Shown: piece by piece, positions 27,196 to 37,432 of the stretch
Layout of the letters: each line of letters opens with the position of its first letter
Numbering within the stretch: position 1 is the stretch's first letter
Assembly (NCBI GenBank): GCA_964574655.1
Contig: CAZNOH010000001.1
Location: 73,852-137,851 of the forward strand
Direction: 5' to 3'
Length of the DNA: 64,000 nt
DNA from: an uncultured Candidatus Saccharibacteria bacterium
GTDB taxonomy: Bacteria; Patescibacteriota; JABMPQ01; JAQVVF01
The notes under the pieces: model-generated
Databases searched by the model: none
Told to the model about the DNA's origin: nothing
The model's input: only the letters and a program-made list of their open reading frames with translations
Made by a program: the position numbers and the translations under genes

Positions 27196-27493
27196 GAAAA
27201 AGTGCAACTGTAAAAATAAGAGGAAAACTGGTCTATGTTGTCATGGGCGTTTTTTGGCGATCAGCGATCAAAATAGGTTGAGGATTTTGGAATTGTTAAG
27301 CGAAAAAGAGCTTTGTGTTTGTGAAATTTATGAAAAATTAAATTTAGCGCAGAATTTAGTTTCTCATCATTTAAAAGTATTGAGTGACAGTGGATTAGTT
27401 TCTTTTAGAAAGGTTGGAAAGAATGTTTATTATAAATTAAATAAAAAAGCTGTTGATGATTTGAACAAATTATTAGAATCTTTAAATCGATAG
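27194..27493 (+). CDS. ArsR/SmtB-family metal-responsive repressor
   Basis: 100 aa; wHTH ELCVCEIYEKLNLAQNLVSHHLKVLSDSGLV; N-terminal Cys cluster CNCKNKRKTGLCCHG; heads a znu-type uptake cluster. Confidence 0.75.
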   Translation: MKKCNCKNKRKTGLCCHGRFLAISDQNRLRILELLSEKELCVCEIYEKLNLAQNLVSHHLKVLSDSGLVSFRKVGKNVYYKLNKKAVDDLNKLLESLNR

Positions 27494-27600
27494 GTCGTTG
27501 TTAAATTTGGTTTCTAGGTAGAAATAATTTTGTGGAATTATATATTGTTTCATTGTTCAATTGTTCAATTGTTGAATTGTTAAATTTTAGTCAAATTATT

Positions 27601-28497
27601 ATGAGAAAAAAAACTGCTTTAATTTTGTTTTTGTTTTTGGTTTTTGTGGTAGTAGCGGGGACTGGTTGTAAGACAAAAAAGTTGGAGAATAATAAAATAA
27701 AAGTGGCGGCGACAATTTTTCCGCTTTTTGATATTATTAAAAATATTGCTGGAGATAAGATTAACGTAATCCAAATCTTACCAGCTGGTGCTAGTCCACA
27801 CACTTTTGAATTAACAACTGCAAAAGGAAAAGAACTACAAAATGCTTCTGATATTTTTATGATTGGCTACGGAATTGATAACTGGGCAAGTTCTGTTAAA
27901 GAGGCGATTGGTGACGTAAATGTTGTTACGGTTGACAAAAATATTAATTTAAAAACTGCCAAAGGCGATGAGGGGCAAGCGCAGTATGGGAATAAAGATC
28001 CTCATTATTGGCTATCTTTAGATAATGCCAAAGAAATATCAAAGACAATAGAACAAGAGCTTGAGAGAATTGATCCAAATAATTCAAAATATTATCAAGA
28101 TAATCTGAATAATTATCTTCAAAAACTTGATGTTTCTAAAAATAAAATTAATAAAGATCTTAAAGACGTAAAATCAAGAAAATTAGTGACTTTTCACGAT
28201 GCTTGGGAATATTTTGCAGATGAATTTAATTTAGATATTGTCGCGACATTTGAGCCATTTCCAGGAACTGAACCAACGCCTAAATATTTGCGAGATTTGA
28301 GCAATACGGTCAGAAATGAAAATGTTAAAGCCATTTTTTCAGAGCCGGAATTTTCAAATGAAACGATCAAGCCTTTTGTGAATGATGCTGGTTTGCAACT
28401 ATATATTTTGGATGCAGAAGGAAATTATTATGGAAATAGTTATATTGAAAATATGGAAGGAAATGCTAAGATTATTAAAGAAGCGTTGAGCCAATGA
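27601..28497 (+). CDS. znuA: metal ABC transporter substrate-binding lipoprotein (ZnuA/TroA family)
   Basis: Lipoprotein signal ...AGTGC; DPHYWLS motif; cluster-9 SBP fold. Confidence 0.75.
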   Translation: MRKKTALILFLFLVFVVVAGTGCKTKKLENNKIKVAATIFPLFDIIKNIAGDKINVIQILPAGASPHTFELTTAKGKELQNASDIFMIGYGIDNWASSVKEAIGDVNVVTVDKNINLKTAKGDEGQAQYGNKDPHYWLSLDNAKEISKTIEQELERIDPNNSKYYQDNLNNYLQKLDVSKNKINKDLKDVKSRKLVTFHDAWEYFADEFNLDIVATFEPFPGTEPTPKYLRDLSNTVRNENVKAIFSEPEFSNETIKPFVNDAGLQLYILDAEGNYYGNSYIENMEGNAKIIKEALSQ

Positions 28498-28550
28498 AAA
28501 ATAACAAAATAACGAAATAACAAAAATAATTATAAATTAAAAATTTAAAA

Positions 28551-28946
28551 ATGACTGAAATTTCTAATAAAGAATTGATTGAAAAAGCAAAGTCGGTTAT
28601 AAATACAAAAAAAGTTGCAAATGATATGATTGCAGGTGATGTTGGTTGCGCTTTGGTGACTGATCAGGGCAATGTTTATGTTGGCGTTTGCATTGATTTT
28701 GTTTGTGGATTAGGTTTTTGCGCTGAAACAGCTGCAATTGCCAACATGATAACAAATGGAGAATACAAAATTAAAAAGTTAGTGGCGTATGGCCATGATA
28801 CGATCATGTATCCTTGTGGACGATGTAGAGAATTAATTCATCAAGTTCATAAAGATAATATAGAAACTGAAATTATTGTTAAAGATGAAAAGATTTTAAA
28901 ACTAAAAGATTTGCTTCCATATACTTGGGAGGAAAGTTGGAAATAA
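28551..28946 (+). CDS. cdd: cytidine deaminase
   Basis: 131 aa; zinc ligands CAE (CAETAAI) and PCGRCRE motifs. Confidence 0.7.
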   Translation: MTEISNKELIEKAKSVINTKKVANDMIAGDVGCALVTDQGNVYVGVCIDFVCGLGFCAETAAIANMITNGEYKIKKLVAYGHDTIMYPCGRCRELIHQVHKDNIETEIIVKDEKILKLKDLLPYTWEESWK

Positions 28947-29005
28947 CGAAGTCCATAAAGTGTAGAGACGTAGCATTGTTACGTTTGTACAAAAGTTTAT
29001 AAAGT

Positions 29006-29734
29006 ATGACTCGAACGTGTCCGCATAGCGATATTGTTGCAATCAAAGTTTCTGATCTTACTATAAAGTATGATTCTTTTGTGGCGCTTGAAAATATTAA
29101 TTTAGAAATTAGCAAAGGCTGTTTTGTTTCAATCATTGGTCCAAATGGTAGCGGTAAAACTACGTTGCTTCGATCAATGCTGGGTCTAATCGTGCCGAAA
29201 AACGGAAAGATAGAAATTTTTGGTAAAAATATATGGGAACAAAAGAAAATGCTTGGTTATGTGCCACAAAGATTTAGTTTTGATAAAACCTTTCCTTTGA
29301 CAGTAGAAGAATTTTTGAAATTTTCTTTAAGAAAAGGAACATCATTTGAAAAAATCGATGAAATGCTTGGGGAGGTAAATATGGAAGATAAGAAAAAGAA
29401 ATTATTAGGTCATTTATCAGGCGGACAATTGCAAAGAGTTTTGATTGCTCGGGCAATTTTAAATGAACCGCAAATTTTATTTTTGGATGAACCTGCTTCT
29501 GGTATTGATATTGGAGGAGAGAAAAGTTTTTACGAGTTGATGGATTATTTGAATGAAAAATACAAAATGACAATTATAATGATTTCTCATGAATTAGATG
29601 TTGTGGCAAAATATGCGCATCGAGTGATTTGTTTGGATAAAAAATTAATATGTTATGGTGATCCGAAAACTATTTTGGATTTGGAAATGGTAAAAAGATT
29701 GTATGGAGAAGATACGGCGATACATCAGCACTAA
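29006..29734 (+). CDS. znuC: metal ABC transporter ATP-binding protein (ZnuC-like)
   Basis: Walker A GPNGSGKTTLL; signature LSGGQLQRV; Walker B FLDEP. Confidence 0.8.
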   Translation: MTRTCPHSDIVAIKVSDLTIKYDSFVALENINLEISKGCFVSIIGPNGSGKTTLLRSMLGLIVPKNGKIEIFGKNIWEQKKMLGYVPQRFSFDKTFPLTVEEFLKFSLRKGTSFEKIDEMLGEVNMEDKKKKLLGHLSGGQLQRVLIARAILNEPQILFLDEPASGIDIGGEKSFYELMDYLNEKYKMTIIMISHELDVVAKYAHRVICLDKKLICYGDPKTILDLEMVKRLYGEDTAIHQH

Positions 29735-29883
29735 TGTTAAAAAACTCTAAACTCTAAATACTAAATTCTAAATAAATTCAAATTGCAAAATTTAAAAATT
29801 AAAAACTTAACGTTGATATTTTAAATTTTTGTTATTATAATTTTGGATTTATTTAGGATTTAGAGTTTAGAATTTAGAAATTT

Positions 29884-30705
29884 ATGATAGAAATATTACA
29901 ATTTCCATTTATGCAGAGAGCTTTGATTGCTGGAATTATTCTAGCAGTGCTTTTAGCTTTTTTGGGAGTTTTTGCTGTTTTAAAAAGAATGTCTTTTTTA
30001 GGTGATGGTATTGCGCATGCATCGTTAGCTGGAATCGCAATCGGTCTTTTGGCATCTTTGAATCCGTTAGTAATTGCAATATTCTACAGTATAATTATTG
30101 CTTTATTAATTTATGTTTTGGAAAAAAAGACCAAGCTTTCAGTTGATGCGATCATTGGAATTTTGTTTACTGCAAGTTTGGCTTTGGGTGTTGTATTAAT
30201 GAGCTTCAAGTCTGGTTATCAGCCAGATTTGATAAGTTTTATGTTTGGCAATATTTTGGCTGTAAGTATTAATGATTTGATAATAATGGCTAGTATTTCT
30301 GTTGTCGTAATAATTTTCTTGGCAATATTTTACAAAAAATTATCGTTAGTTGCTTTTGATAAAGAAGGCGCTTATTTGGCTGGCATAAATGTTTCTTTAT
30401 TTGAAATATTATTTAATGTATTTTTGGCAGTTGCTATTGTTCTCGGAGTTAAAATATTAGGTATTATTTTAGTTTCTGCTTTATTAATAATTCCAGCCTC
30501 AACGGCAAAAATTATTTCAAAATCATTTAGATCATTAATTATTTTAAGTATTATATTGGGAGAGATTACAGTAATTTCAGGAATGATTTTGTCATATGTT
30601 TTTGATTTGCCATCTGGTGCAGTAATAGTGTTATGCGGGACTGCGATTTTTATTTTGGTAGCTTCTTTTTATCGGTTATTCATATTCGGAGGTTATAGAA
30701 AGTAA
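29884..30705 (+). CDS. znuB: metal ABC transporter permease (ZnuB-like)
   Basis: 273 aa, 8 TM helices; ABC-3 family layout downstream of znuC. Confidence 0.8.
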   Translation: MIEILQFPFMQRALIAGIILAVLLAFLGVFAVLKRMSFLGDGIAHASLAGIAIGLLASLNPLVIAIFYSIIIALLIYVLEKKTKLSVDAIIGILFTASLALGVVLMSFKSGYQPDLISFMFGNILAVSINDLIIMASISVVVIIFLAIFYKKLSLVAFDKEGAYLAGINVSLFEILFNVFLAVAIVLGVKILGIILVSALLIIPASTAKIISKSFRSLIILSIILGEITVISGMILSYVFDLPSGAVIVLCGTAIFILVASFYRLFIFGGYRK

Positions 30706-30847
30706 AATAGACAATCCAATGTTTTTAATTGTTAAGATTGTTTTGACGCAGAAGTAAAAATTTTTGTGACAAAATTCTTGACGCAGAAGCTAACGCAGAA
30801 AATGCGGAACTTAATTGGTTTATTTTCTAAAATTTTTTAAAAAAAAT

Positions 30848-32575
30848 ATGGCAATATCAATGCAAGAAGTTGAAGGGGGGATAGAAGAATATTTAGAAGG
30901 AGAAATAAATCCAGAATTGAAAAGGGCTTTGGGTTTGCATATTGTTGATAAGGAGCCAGGCGGAAAGGGCAATGTTGAAAAAACTAGAAGTTTGGGTGCG
31001 ATGGTTGGAGCAGTTAATTCTGAAATAAATCGTTGCGAACCAGCAATGAAAGTTGATCGTCTTGCTTTGGAAGCAGGCAAAAGTGTTGTTGTGATTGGAC
31101 CGAATGGTTCGGGCAAAACAACTATTTTTGATGCTTTAATGGAAATTAGAAATGCTGATTTTGAAACAAAAGGCGGTGCAGGAGGAATGGTTTATGGAAA
31201 GTCAGAGCATTCTAGAGATAAATTAAGAATTGCCAGGTTGAATCAAGAGGAAATATTAGGGCAGATTGGCGATATGAAAGCAAGAGATGTATTAGATCAA
31301 TCAGCAAAATATTTTAAAAAACAACTGCCAATAAATTGGGAAGATGTTGATCTCTTTGAACAAAATACAGCAAATGAAGAGGCGCATCGAAGAATTGAAG
31401 AATTAATTTCAAAAGTTGCTGGATTGTTTAATATGGAAGAATTTTTAGATCGAAATGTCAGTCAATTATCTGGTGGAGAGAGAACTAAAGTTGTTTTGCT
31501 GACTGTTTTAGCATCAGAGCCGGATGTTTTGTTATTAGATGAGCCAACAAATCATTTGGATATGGTGAGTATTGCAAAATTAACAGCTTTATTTAATGTT
31601 TATAAAAAATCTGGAACTTCAATTGCAAGCATTAGTCATGTTGATTGGTTTCTCCGAGGTGCAGGAAACGATGGAGTAATTGAAGCTGCAGCTGATGAAA
31701 AAGGAAGAGAAGTTAGACAATCAACTACGACTTATGAAAAATATTTGAAGGATAGATCAAGAAAAAATTTTCAAATTATTACAGGCGATATAGATTGGCG
31801 AAAAAAGAAATGGACGCATGGTGAGACAGTAATTAGTGCTCCAGAATGGCTGACTGTTCCTGATTCTCCATTGCAGAAAGTTAAATTTCCTTCGGTTCAG
31901 GCTGGCGAGGTAGTGTTTTTGTCTGGAGAGAATGGCACAGGAAAAACAAAGTTGATGGAGGCTTTAGTTGCTGGACGTGGTAAGGATTTACAAAGTTTTG
32001 ACAAGTTAAAAGGCGTCAATTTTGCGTATATGCCGCAATTCTGGCCAGAAGATGTTGCATCTGGAACTTTGGAAGATTTTTTTGGATGGGTGAAAGAGAG
32101 TGTTGATCCGCATAGCATAATTCAACCAGGAAGATTTTCTCAAGAAGCAAGAGATTTAAATTTTGGCGGCAATAAAAAATTTGAAGCATCCTGGTTAAAA
32201 AGAAAATTGAACACTTTTTCTGGCGGAGAACAAAGATTGCTTTGGTTTTTGGCTGTTAGCTCTGTTGAAAATGTTGATGTCTTAGTTTTGGATGAGCCAA
32301 CAAATCATATGGATCGACAATTGCAAGCAAGAATTACTAAAGCAATGCAGAATTTTCCAGGAGCCTTAGTTATTTCAACTCATGATGTTGATTTGATGAA
32401 AGCATTGTCATTGGATGTTGGAAAAAAAGTTGGGTCAACGGTAAAGCCAAGAAATTTGGTTTTGACAAAGCAAAAAGGATTGACGTCGATTGCTGAAGTA
32501 AAAGAGAGTCCTTATGCTTATGCGGAAAAAGTTAGAGAAGAGGCGTCGAGAAAGGCGAGGAACTTTAAACTATGA
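30848..32575 (+). CDS. ABC-F family ATPase (two NBDs, no TMD)
   Basis: NBD1 GPNGSGKTT / LSGGERTKV / LLLDEPTNHLD; NBD2 GENGTGKTK / FSGGEQRLL / LVLDEPTNHMD. Confidence 0.75.
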   Translation: MAISMQEVEGGIEEYLEGEINPELKRALGLHIVDKEPGGKGNVEKTRSLGAMVGAVNSEINRCEPAMKVDRLALEAGKSVVVIGPNGSGKTTIFDALMEIRNADFETKGGAGGMVYGKSEHSRDKLRIARLNQEEILGQIGDMKARDVLDQSAKYFKKQLPINWEDVDLFEQNTANEEAHRRIEELISKVAGLFNMEEFLDRNVSQLSGGERTKVVLLTVLASEPDVLLLDEPTNHLDMVSIAKLTALFNVYKKSGTSIASISHVDWFLRGAGNDGVIEAAADEKGREVRQSTTTYEKYLKDRSRKNFQIITGDIDWRKKKWTHGETVISAPEWLTVPDSPLQKVKFPSVQAGEVVFLSGENGTGKTKLMEALVAGRGKDLQSFDKLKGVNFAYMPQFWPEDVASGTLEDFFGWVKESVDPHSIIQPGRFSQEARDLNFGGNKKFEASWLKRKLNTFSGGEQRLLWFLAVSSVENVDVLVLDEPTNHMDRQLQARITKAMQNFPGALVISTHDVDLMKALSLDVGKKVGSTVKPRNLVLTKQKGLTSIAEVKESPYAYAEKVREEASRKARNFKL

Positions 32576-32663
32576 TGCCAATCTACGAATTTTATGCCAA
32601 TCTGCAAATTGCTAATATATGGTGCTAATCTATAAATTGTGAATAATTATAAATAACTAAATT

Positions 32664-33038
32664 ATGGAAAAATATACATCATTGGTTTTAGATCATTTTG
32701 AAAAGCCGAGAAATGTTGGCGAGGTGAAAGAGCATAATGCGATGGCAATGATGTCTAATTCTAAATCAATTTGTGGCGATACAATAAAATTAACTTTAAG
32801 AATTGAAAATAATATTATAAAAGATATTAAATTTCAAACTTTGGGTTGTGTGGCGAGTATGGCTTCAAGTTCAATGCTGACAAGTTTGGCAAAGAATAAA
32901 ACACTTGATCAGGCTTTGAAATTGACTGATCTAGATGTTGTTAAAGCATTAGGTGGAATGCCGGCGCAAAAAATGTTGTGTTCTAATTTTGCGGCATCTG
33001 TTTTGCATCAGGCGATAAAAGATTATTTAAAAAAATAA
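32664..33038 (+). CDS. NifU/IscU/SufU-like Fe-S cluster scaffold protein
   Basis: 124 aa; conserved Cys positions CGDT, GCVASMAS, MLCSNFA. Confidence 0.7.
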   Translation: MEKYTSLVLDHFEKPRNVGEVKEHNAMAMMSNSKSICGDTIKLTLRIENNIIKDIKFQTLGCVASMASSSMLTSLAKNKTLDQALKLTDLDVVKALGGMPAQKMLCSNFAASVLHQAIKDYLKK

Positions 33039-33102
33039 AATATAATTTGGAATAAAAAAATACCAATTAATTTCGGTATTTTATTTTTGAGCTATATAAT
33101 TA

Positions 33103-33939
33103 TTATTCAGTCTTGATCTTGTTAGCAAAAGTCTGAACTGTATCTCCACCGCCGATTTTGATTCTTGGTAATTTCAGTAATTGGCTGGTTTTGTGATTAT
33201 TGTTGTCTTCAGTTGTGAAAGCAGCTTTAAATTTATTTTTTTTGATTGCATTCAAAACATTGTCATTATAACTGCCATAAGGATAGGCGAAATAGTCAAT
33301 TTTTGTGTCCAATCCTTCTTCTAAAGCAGTTTTGTTGATGGTTATTTCTTGGTCTAACTGTTCTGGCGATATTTTTGTCAACTTCATGTGATTCAAAGTA
33401 TGTCCGCCAATAAAAACTCTGCCAGATGCTACCATATATTTTAAATGGTACCAATCAAGATATTTTTCACGGCCTAAGAAATTCGAAATTATAAAGTTAG
33501 TGGCTGTTAAACGATTGTCGCGTAGAATTGGAAAAACTTCTTCAAAAAAATCTAAATAGCCATCATCAAAAGTGAGCATTATTGGTTTTTCTGGCAATGG
33601 CGTTCCATATTTTAGATATTGATAAAGATCATTTGGAGTAATTGTTGTATAATTTTCTTTAACTAAATAATCCATCTGTTGTTGAAATGTAGATGGAGGA
33701 ATTGAAAGGCCCCAGCCTAGACTATCAGGTTGAGGAGCAATATCTCTGACGTAATGATAGAGAATAATTGGTATTTTTGTTTCACGTTCAATAATCTCTG
33801 AATCAATTTTCAAGTGTTTAATTAAGGCTCCGCTTGCTTCTTGTGAGTTTGTTTTGTTTGGCTTTTTTTGAGAGTAGGAAGTATAGATGACTGTTGCAAA
33901 AACAATAATCAAGCCAAAAATTATTAGATATTTTTTCAT
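33103..33939 (-). CDS. polysaccharide deacetylase (NodB-homology, CE4)
   Basis: LTFDDGYLDF (Asp-Asp metal motif) and GGHTLNH; N-terminal TM anchor. Confidence 0.75.
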   Translation of the reverse strand: MKKYLIIFGLIIVFATVIYTSYSQKKPNKTNSQEASGALIKHLKIDSEIIERETKIPIILYHYVRDIAPQPDSLGWGLSIPPSTFQQQMDYLVKENYTTITPNDLYQYLKYGTPLPEKPIMLTFDDGYLDFFEEVFPILRDNRLTATNFIISNFLGREKYLDWYHLKYMVASGRVFIGGHTLNHMKLTKISPEQLDQEITINKTALEEGLDTKIDYFAYPYGSYNDNVLNAIKKNKFKAAFTTEDNNNHKTSQLLKLPRIKIGGGDTVQTFANKIKTE

Positions 33940-34225
33940 GGTTAAATTCAGTATAGCATTTTGTATAAAAAAATTAAAATATATTAAATATAATTTAGAA
34001 TAGGGAAGATAGCAGTTGATAATTTAATCCCCTACACTTCCCTATTGTCGAATTTTTTTAATTGCTCGAATAAAAAAGTTATTTGATAAATATATAGCAG
34101 GAGAGAGACTTGTTTTGTCTAATATTTATGTTTTTATGATTTTTATTATGACTATTTTTTTGATTTTTAAAAATAATTTTTTTTGACTTGTTGTATCGGT
34201 TGTGCTATATTGTTATGTCCGTAAA

Positions 34226-34549
34226 ATGGCGGACCAGCTTGAGGAGGTTGTGATGTTGCAATGCAGATGTTGCAAACAAAATTTTGAGCCAGGTGATAAT
34301 GATCAAGCTGTTTGTGATATTTGTAGAGATGAGAATTCAGTTTTTGCAGATCTGGCAAGGATGGAGGCCGAATGTGTACCACTGACTATTGTAGAATTTG
34401 ATTTGCAAAAGAAGCAACGAGAAGAAGCAGAGATGAGAGAAAATCCTTTTTCAGAAAATGGGGAAGCAAGTGTTTCGTCAGAAGCTGGTTTGGAAGAACA
34501 AAGAAAAATTAATCTTGATCCTTTTTATTTGAACAGAGATACCTTTTGA
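34226..34549 (+). CDS. hypothetical zinc-ribbon protein
   Basis: CRCCKQ...CDICRDE; acidic C-terminus; weak call. Confidence 0.3.
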   Translation: MADQLEEVVMLQCRCCKQNFEPGDNDQAVCDICRDENSVFADLARMEAECVPLTIVEFDLQKKQREEAEMRENPFSENGEASVSSEAGLEEQRKINLDPFYLNRDTF

Positions 34550-34870
34550 TCTTTTTAACCCATTATGATTTCCTAACGGGTTTTTTATTTGAATTAATTT
34601 TCAGGCTAGGTATTGTTTGGACCGGATAATAATAAATTAATTAATATATAAACACACTTGTTTTATATTTGAAAGTAGGTTAAAGGTGACAAGATAAAGA
34701 AGAAAGCTACTAACAATAATCAATAATAAATCTCTGAGTATTCAGATGGAATTTTTTGAAAAGTCTAGTTCCCTATTTTGCCATATTTTTGTGGATAATT
34801 ATTTAATAAATTAATTTAATTAGTATATAATATATATCGGTAGGCAATATATTGGATAACTATATAAAAC

Positions 34871-35224
34871 ATGAAACTAGAATCAAAAAAATATTGGGAC
34901 GATTTAATTAAAAAATCAATTACGAAATTTTTCATTTTGTCAGCGCTTTATGGCAAAGAATGCTATGGTTATGAGCTTGCTTCTTTGGTTTTTAATAATT
35001 CTTATGGTTCTTGTTCCCCATCTTTCGGGACTATATATCCAACTTTGAATTTATTATTGAGAGGCAAGTATGTCGAAAAGAATGATGTTTTTATTGGCAG
35101 GAGAAAGAAAAAAGTTTATTTTTTGACAGGCAAAGGCAGAAAAGCTTATCAGGTTGCTTTGCGAGCTTTTTGTGATCAAGCGGTATTATTATCAAGTATT
35201 TGCGATAATGATTTGAGAGGTTAA
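34871..35224 (+). CDS. PadR-family transcriptional regulator
   Basis: 117 aa; wHTH pattern FILSALYGKECYGYELASLV...GTIYPTLNLLLRGKYVEK. Confidence 0.55.
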   Translation: MKLESKKYWDDLIKKSITKFFILSALYGKECYGYELASLVFNNSYGSCSPSFGTIYPTLNLLLRGKYVEKNDVFIGRRKKKVYFLTGKGRKAYQVALRAFCDQAVLLSSICDNDLRG

Positions 35225-35428
35225 ATTGCTAAATTGCTAAATTGTTTTTGAATAATATTGCTAATTTTATAAATGAGTTTGCGAATTAGGTTAATTCTAC
35301 TCTGCCCATGGCAGATATTTTGGGTTTAAATAACCCTTGCCCCAGCCATGAAGGCGGGGCAGGCATGGGCAAGGTAGAAGGGCTCTAAAATTTGACAAAA
35401 TCATTATAATGTTATATACTTAAACATT

Positions 35429-36802
35429 ATGAAAAAGAGCCTAATTCTGACAACTTTAGTGCTATTTCTGGCAAGCGTGTTTTTGCCTGGTTTAAGCTTG
35501 GCTAAGGTAAATCCTATTCCTTATAAAGACAAGGTTGGATTGAATGTGCATTGGGCTTTGGGTGGAGATAATGACGGGTTAGATGCAGATTATGAGACAA
35601 GGTTGAAAGATAGTAAGACTAAGCTTGTGAGAGAGCATTTTCAAATGGAATCATTATGGGGCAATGATATTAATGCTTGGTTAAGGCGCTATGATTTAAT
35701 AATGGAGAATTATAGAAAACAAAACATAAAAGTAGTAGGTATGTTGGCATACAACAAGGATTATGGAGATTTTAGAGCTCCGAATGAAGTAATTTGGCGA
35801 GAATTTGTGGCTTTAGTTGCGGATCGTTATAAAGATTATGTTGATGTTTGGGAAATTTGGAATGAGCCTGACTCACCTACTTATTTGACTCCAAATAATC
35901 CAAAAGCATACGGAATGATTTTGAAGCCTGCTTATACTGTTATAAAAATGGTTGACCCAGAAGCGATTGTTATAACAGGCGGATTATCTTGGCCAAATCC
36001 GTATTTTATTAAGCAAATGTATCAAAAATATGGAAATTATTTTGATGGACTTGGTCTTCATTTATATTATGCTGACCAATATTTTGCGGAAGGAAAAAGC
36101 TTGAATGCTTTATTGTCTGATTTGGATCGAGCAAGTTTGATTATGAAAAAATATAATAAAAATCATAAAATTTGGATTACAGAAATGGGCGTTTCAACTG
36201 GCGGGACAGGCATTACTGATGATATGCAAAAAGAATATTTTCGAAATGCAATTCCAGAGATTTTGAGACGCAAATACGTAGAAATGATTTTGATTTATAA
36301 TATTAGAAATTATGATTATCGCGGATTATTTGAAAATCATTTTGGTTTGTTAAAAACTGATATGCAACCAAAACCAGCTTGGGGCTGGTATACAAATATT
36401 AAGATCGGACCTTATGGCAAGAAAAAAGTTGCCAAGGTTGAACAAAAAATATTGGCGACAGAGCTAATGACTAATTTAAAGGCAGACTACTTTAAAACAA
36501 AGAAAGATCGCGCAAAATATTTGCCAAAAACATTTACATGGAAATGGTTGAATTTGAGAAACGCTTATATTTATGGCGGATATAATACAAAACAAATTGC
36601 TTATTCTTTGAAATATGGAAAAGCAGTAAGCTATACCATTCCTTTCAAATTATGGAAAGAAACAAAAGATTATAAAGAAGTGATGAAGAAGCAATTCAAG
36701 GACAATAGGGCGAGTGTTGCGAAAAAGAAGGCAAAAAATGAAAAAAAGGTAAAAGTAAAAAGTAAAAAGGAAAAAGCTACAAGTAAAAAGTCAAAAAAAT
36801 AA
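35429..36802 (+). CDS. secreted glycoside hydrolase (clan GH-A, GH5-like) with Lys-rich C-terminal tail
   Basis: Signal peptide; VWEIWNEPD (acid/base NEP) and WITEMG (nucleophile TE) motifs; KKKAKNEKKVKVKSKK tail. Confidence 0.6.
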   Translation: MKKSLILTTLVLFLASVFLPGLSLAKVNPIPYKDKVGLNVHWALGGDNDGLDADYETRLKDSKTKLVREHFQMESLWGNDINAWLRRYDLIMENYRKQNIKVVGMLAYNKDYGDFRAPNEVIWREFVALVADRYKDYVDVWEIWNEPDSPTYLTPNNPKAYGMILKPAYTVIKMVDPEAIVITGGLSWPNPYFIKQMYQKYGNYFDGLGLHLYYADQYFAEGKSLNALLSDLDRASLIMKKYNKNHKIWITEMGVSTGGTGITDDMQKEYFRNAIPEILRRKYVEMILIYNIRNYDYRGLFENHFGLLKTDMQPKPAWGWYTNIKIGPYGKKKVAKVEQKILATELMTNLKADYFKTKKDRAKYLPKTFTWKWLNLRNAYIYGGYNTKQIAYSLKYGKAVSYTIPFKLWKETKDYKEVMKKQFKDNRASVAKKKAKNEKKVKVKSKKEKATSKKSKK

Positions 36803-36853
36803 CGGGAATATTGAATATTAAAATATTACGGATATTTTTAAATTGTTGAACTG

Positions 36854-37432
36854 TTATTTTATCAATTTTGCTTGGATAGCCAGACGGGAGAGAGTGGTGT
36901 TTGGAGGCCAACAGGTGAGGAGAGTGATAATTTTGTTATTTTCTTGGTCAAAAATTGAAAGGTCTGAAGGGCTCAGGTAAAATTTTTGAAAAGTTTTATA
37001 TTTATATAGTTTATTTTTATAGGCTATAAAGACGAGGTCGTCTTTTTTTATTTGGTTTAAATTTAAGAAAACAGAATCATAGTCTCCCCTGTTCCATAAA
37101 AAATTTGAGGAATGTCCAATATAGACTGAATTGCCGATTTTATTTGGCTTGGCAGTATAGGGGAAATGGACAATCCCCTTTTTTAGATTTTCTAAAATTA
37201 TTTTTTCATTTTGATTTTTAATAAAAATAATTGGCACAGAAATTCCTAAATTTGGAATGATTAGCGTGTTATTTTTATAGATTTTGTGATTAAGAATTTT
37301 GCTTATCTTTTTAATCTTTTTTTGTTTATTTAAATTAAAATTCGTTTGATGAATAATTGTTGGCGTGTTGATCAAAAGATAGGATGTTAAAATTAAAGCG
37401 AAGATGATGAAAATGTGTTTTGATAATTTCAT
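36854..37432 (-). CDS. sortase-family transpeptidase
   Basis: N-terminal TM anchor; conserved His (VYIGHSSN) and TLxTC-type catalytic motif IITLLTCWP. Confidence 0.6.
   Translation of the reverse strand: MKLSKHIFIIFALILTSYLLINTPTIIHQTNFNLNKQKKIKKISKILNHKIYKNNTLIIPNLGISVPIIFIKNQNEKIILENLKKGIVHFPYTAKPNKIGNSVYIGHSSNFLWNRGDYDSVFLNLNQIKKDDLVFIAYKNKLYKYKTFQKFYLSPSDLSIFDQENNKIITLLTCWPPNTTLSRLAIQAKLIK

Noticed and set aside
29741-29880. Possible CRISPR array suggested by the repeated ctaaattctaaat units
   Set aside because: Units are irregular in length and spacing, arranged as an inverted repeat, have no unique spacers and no cas genes; they are intergenic palindromic repeats, not CRISPR.
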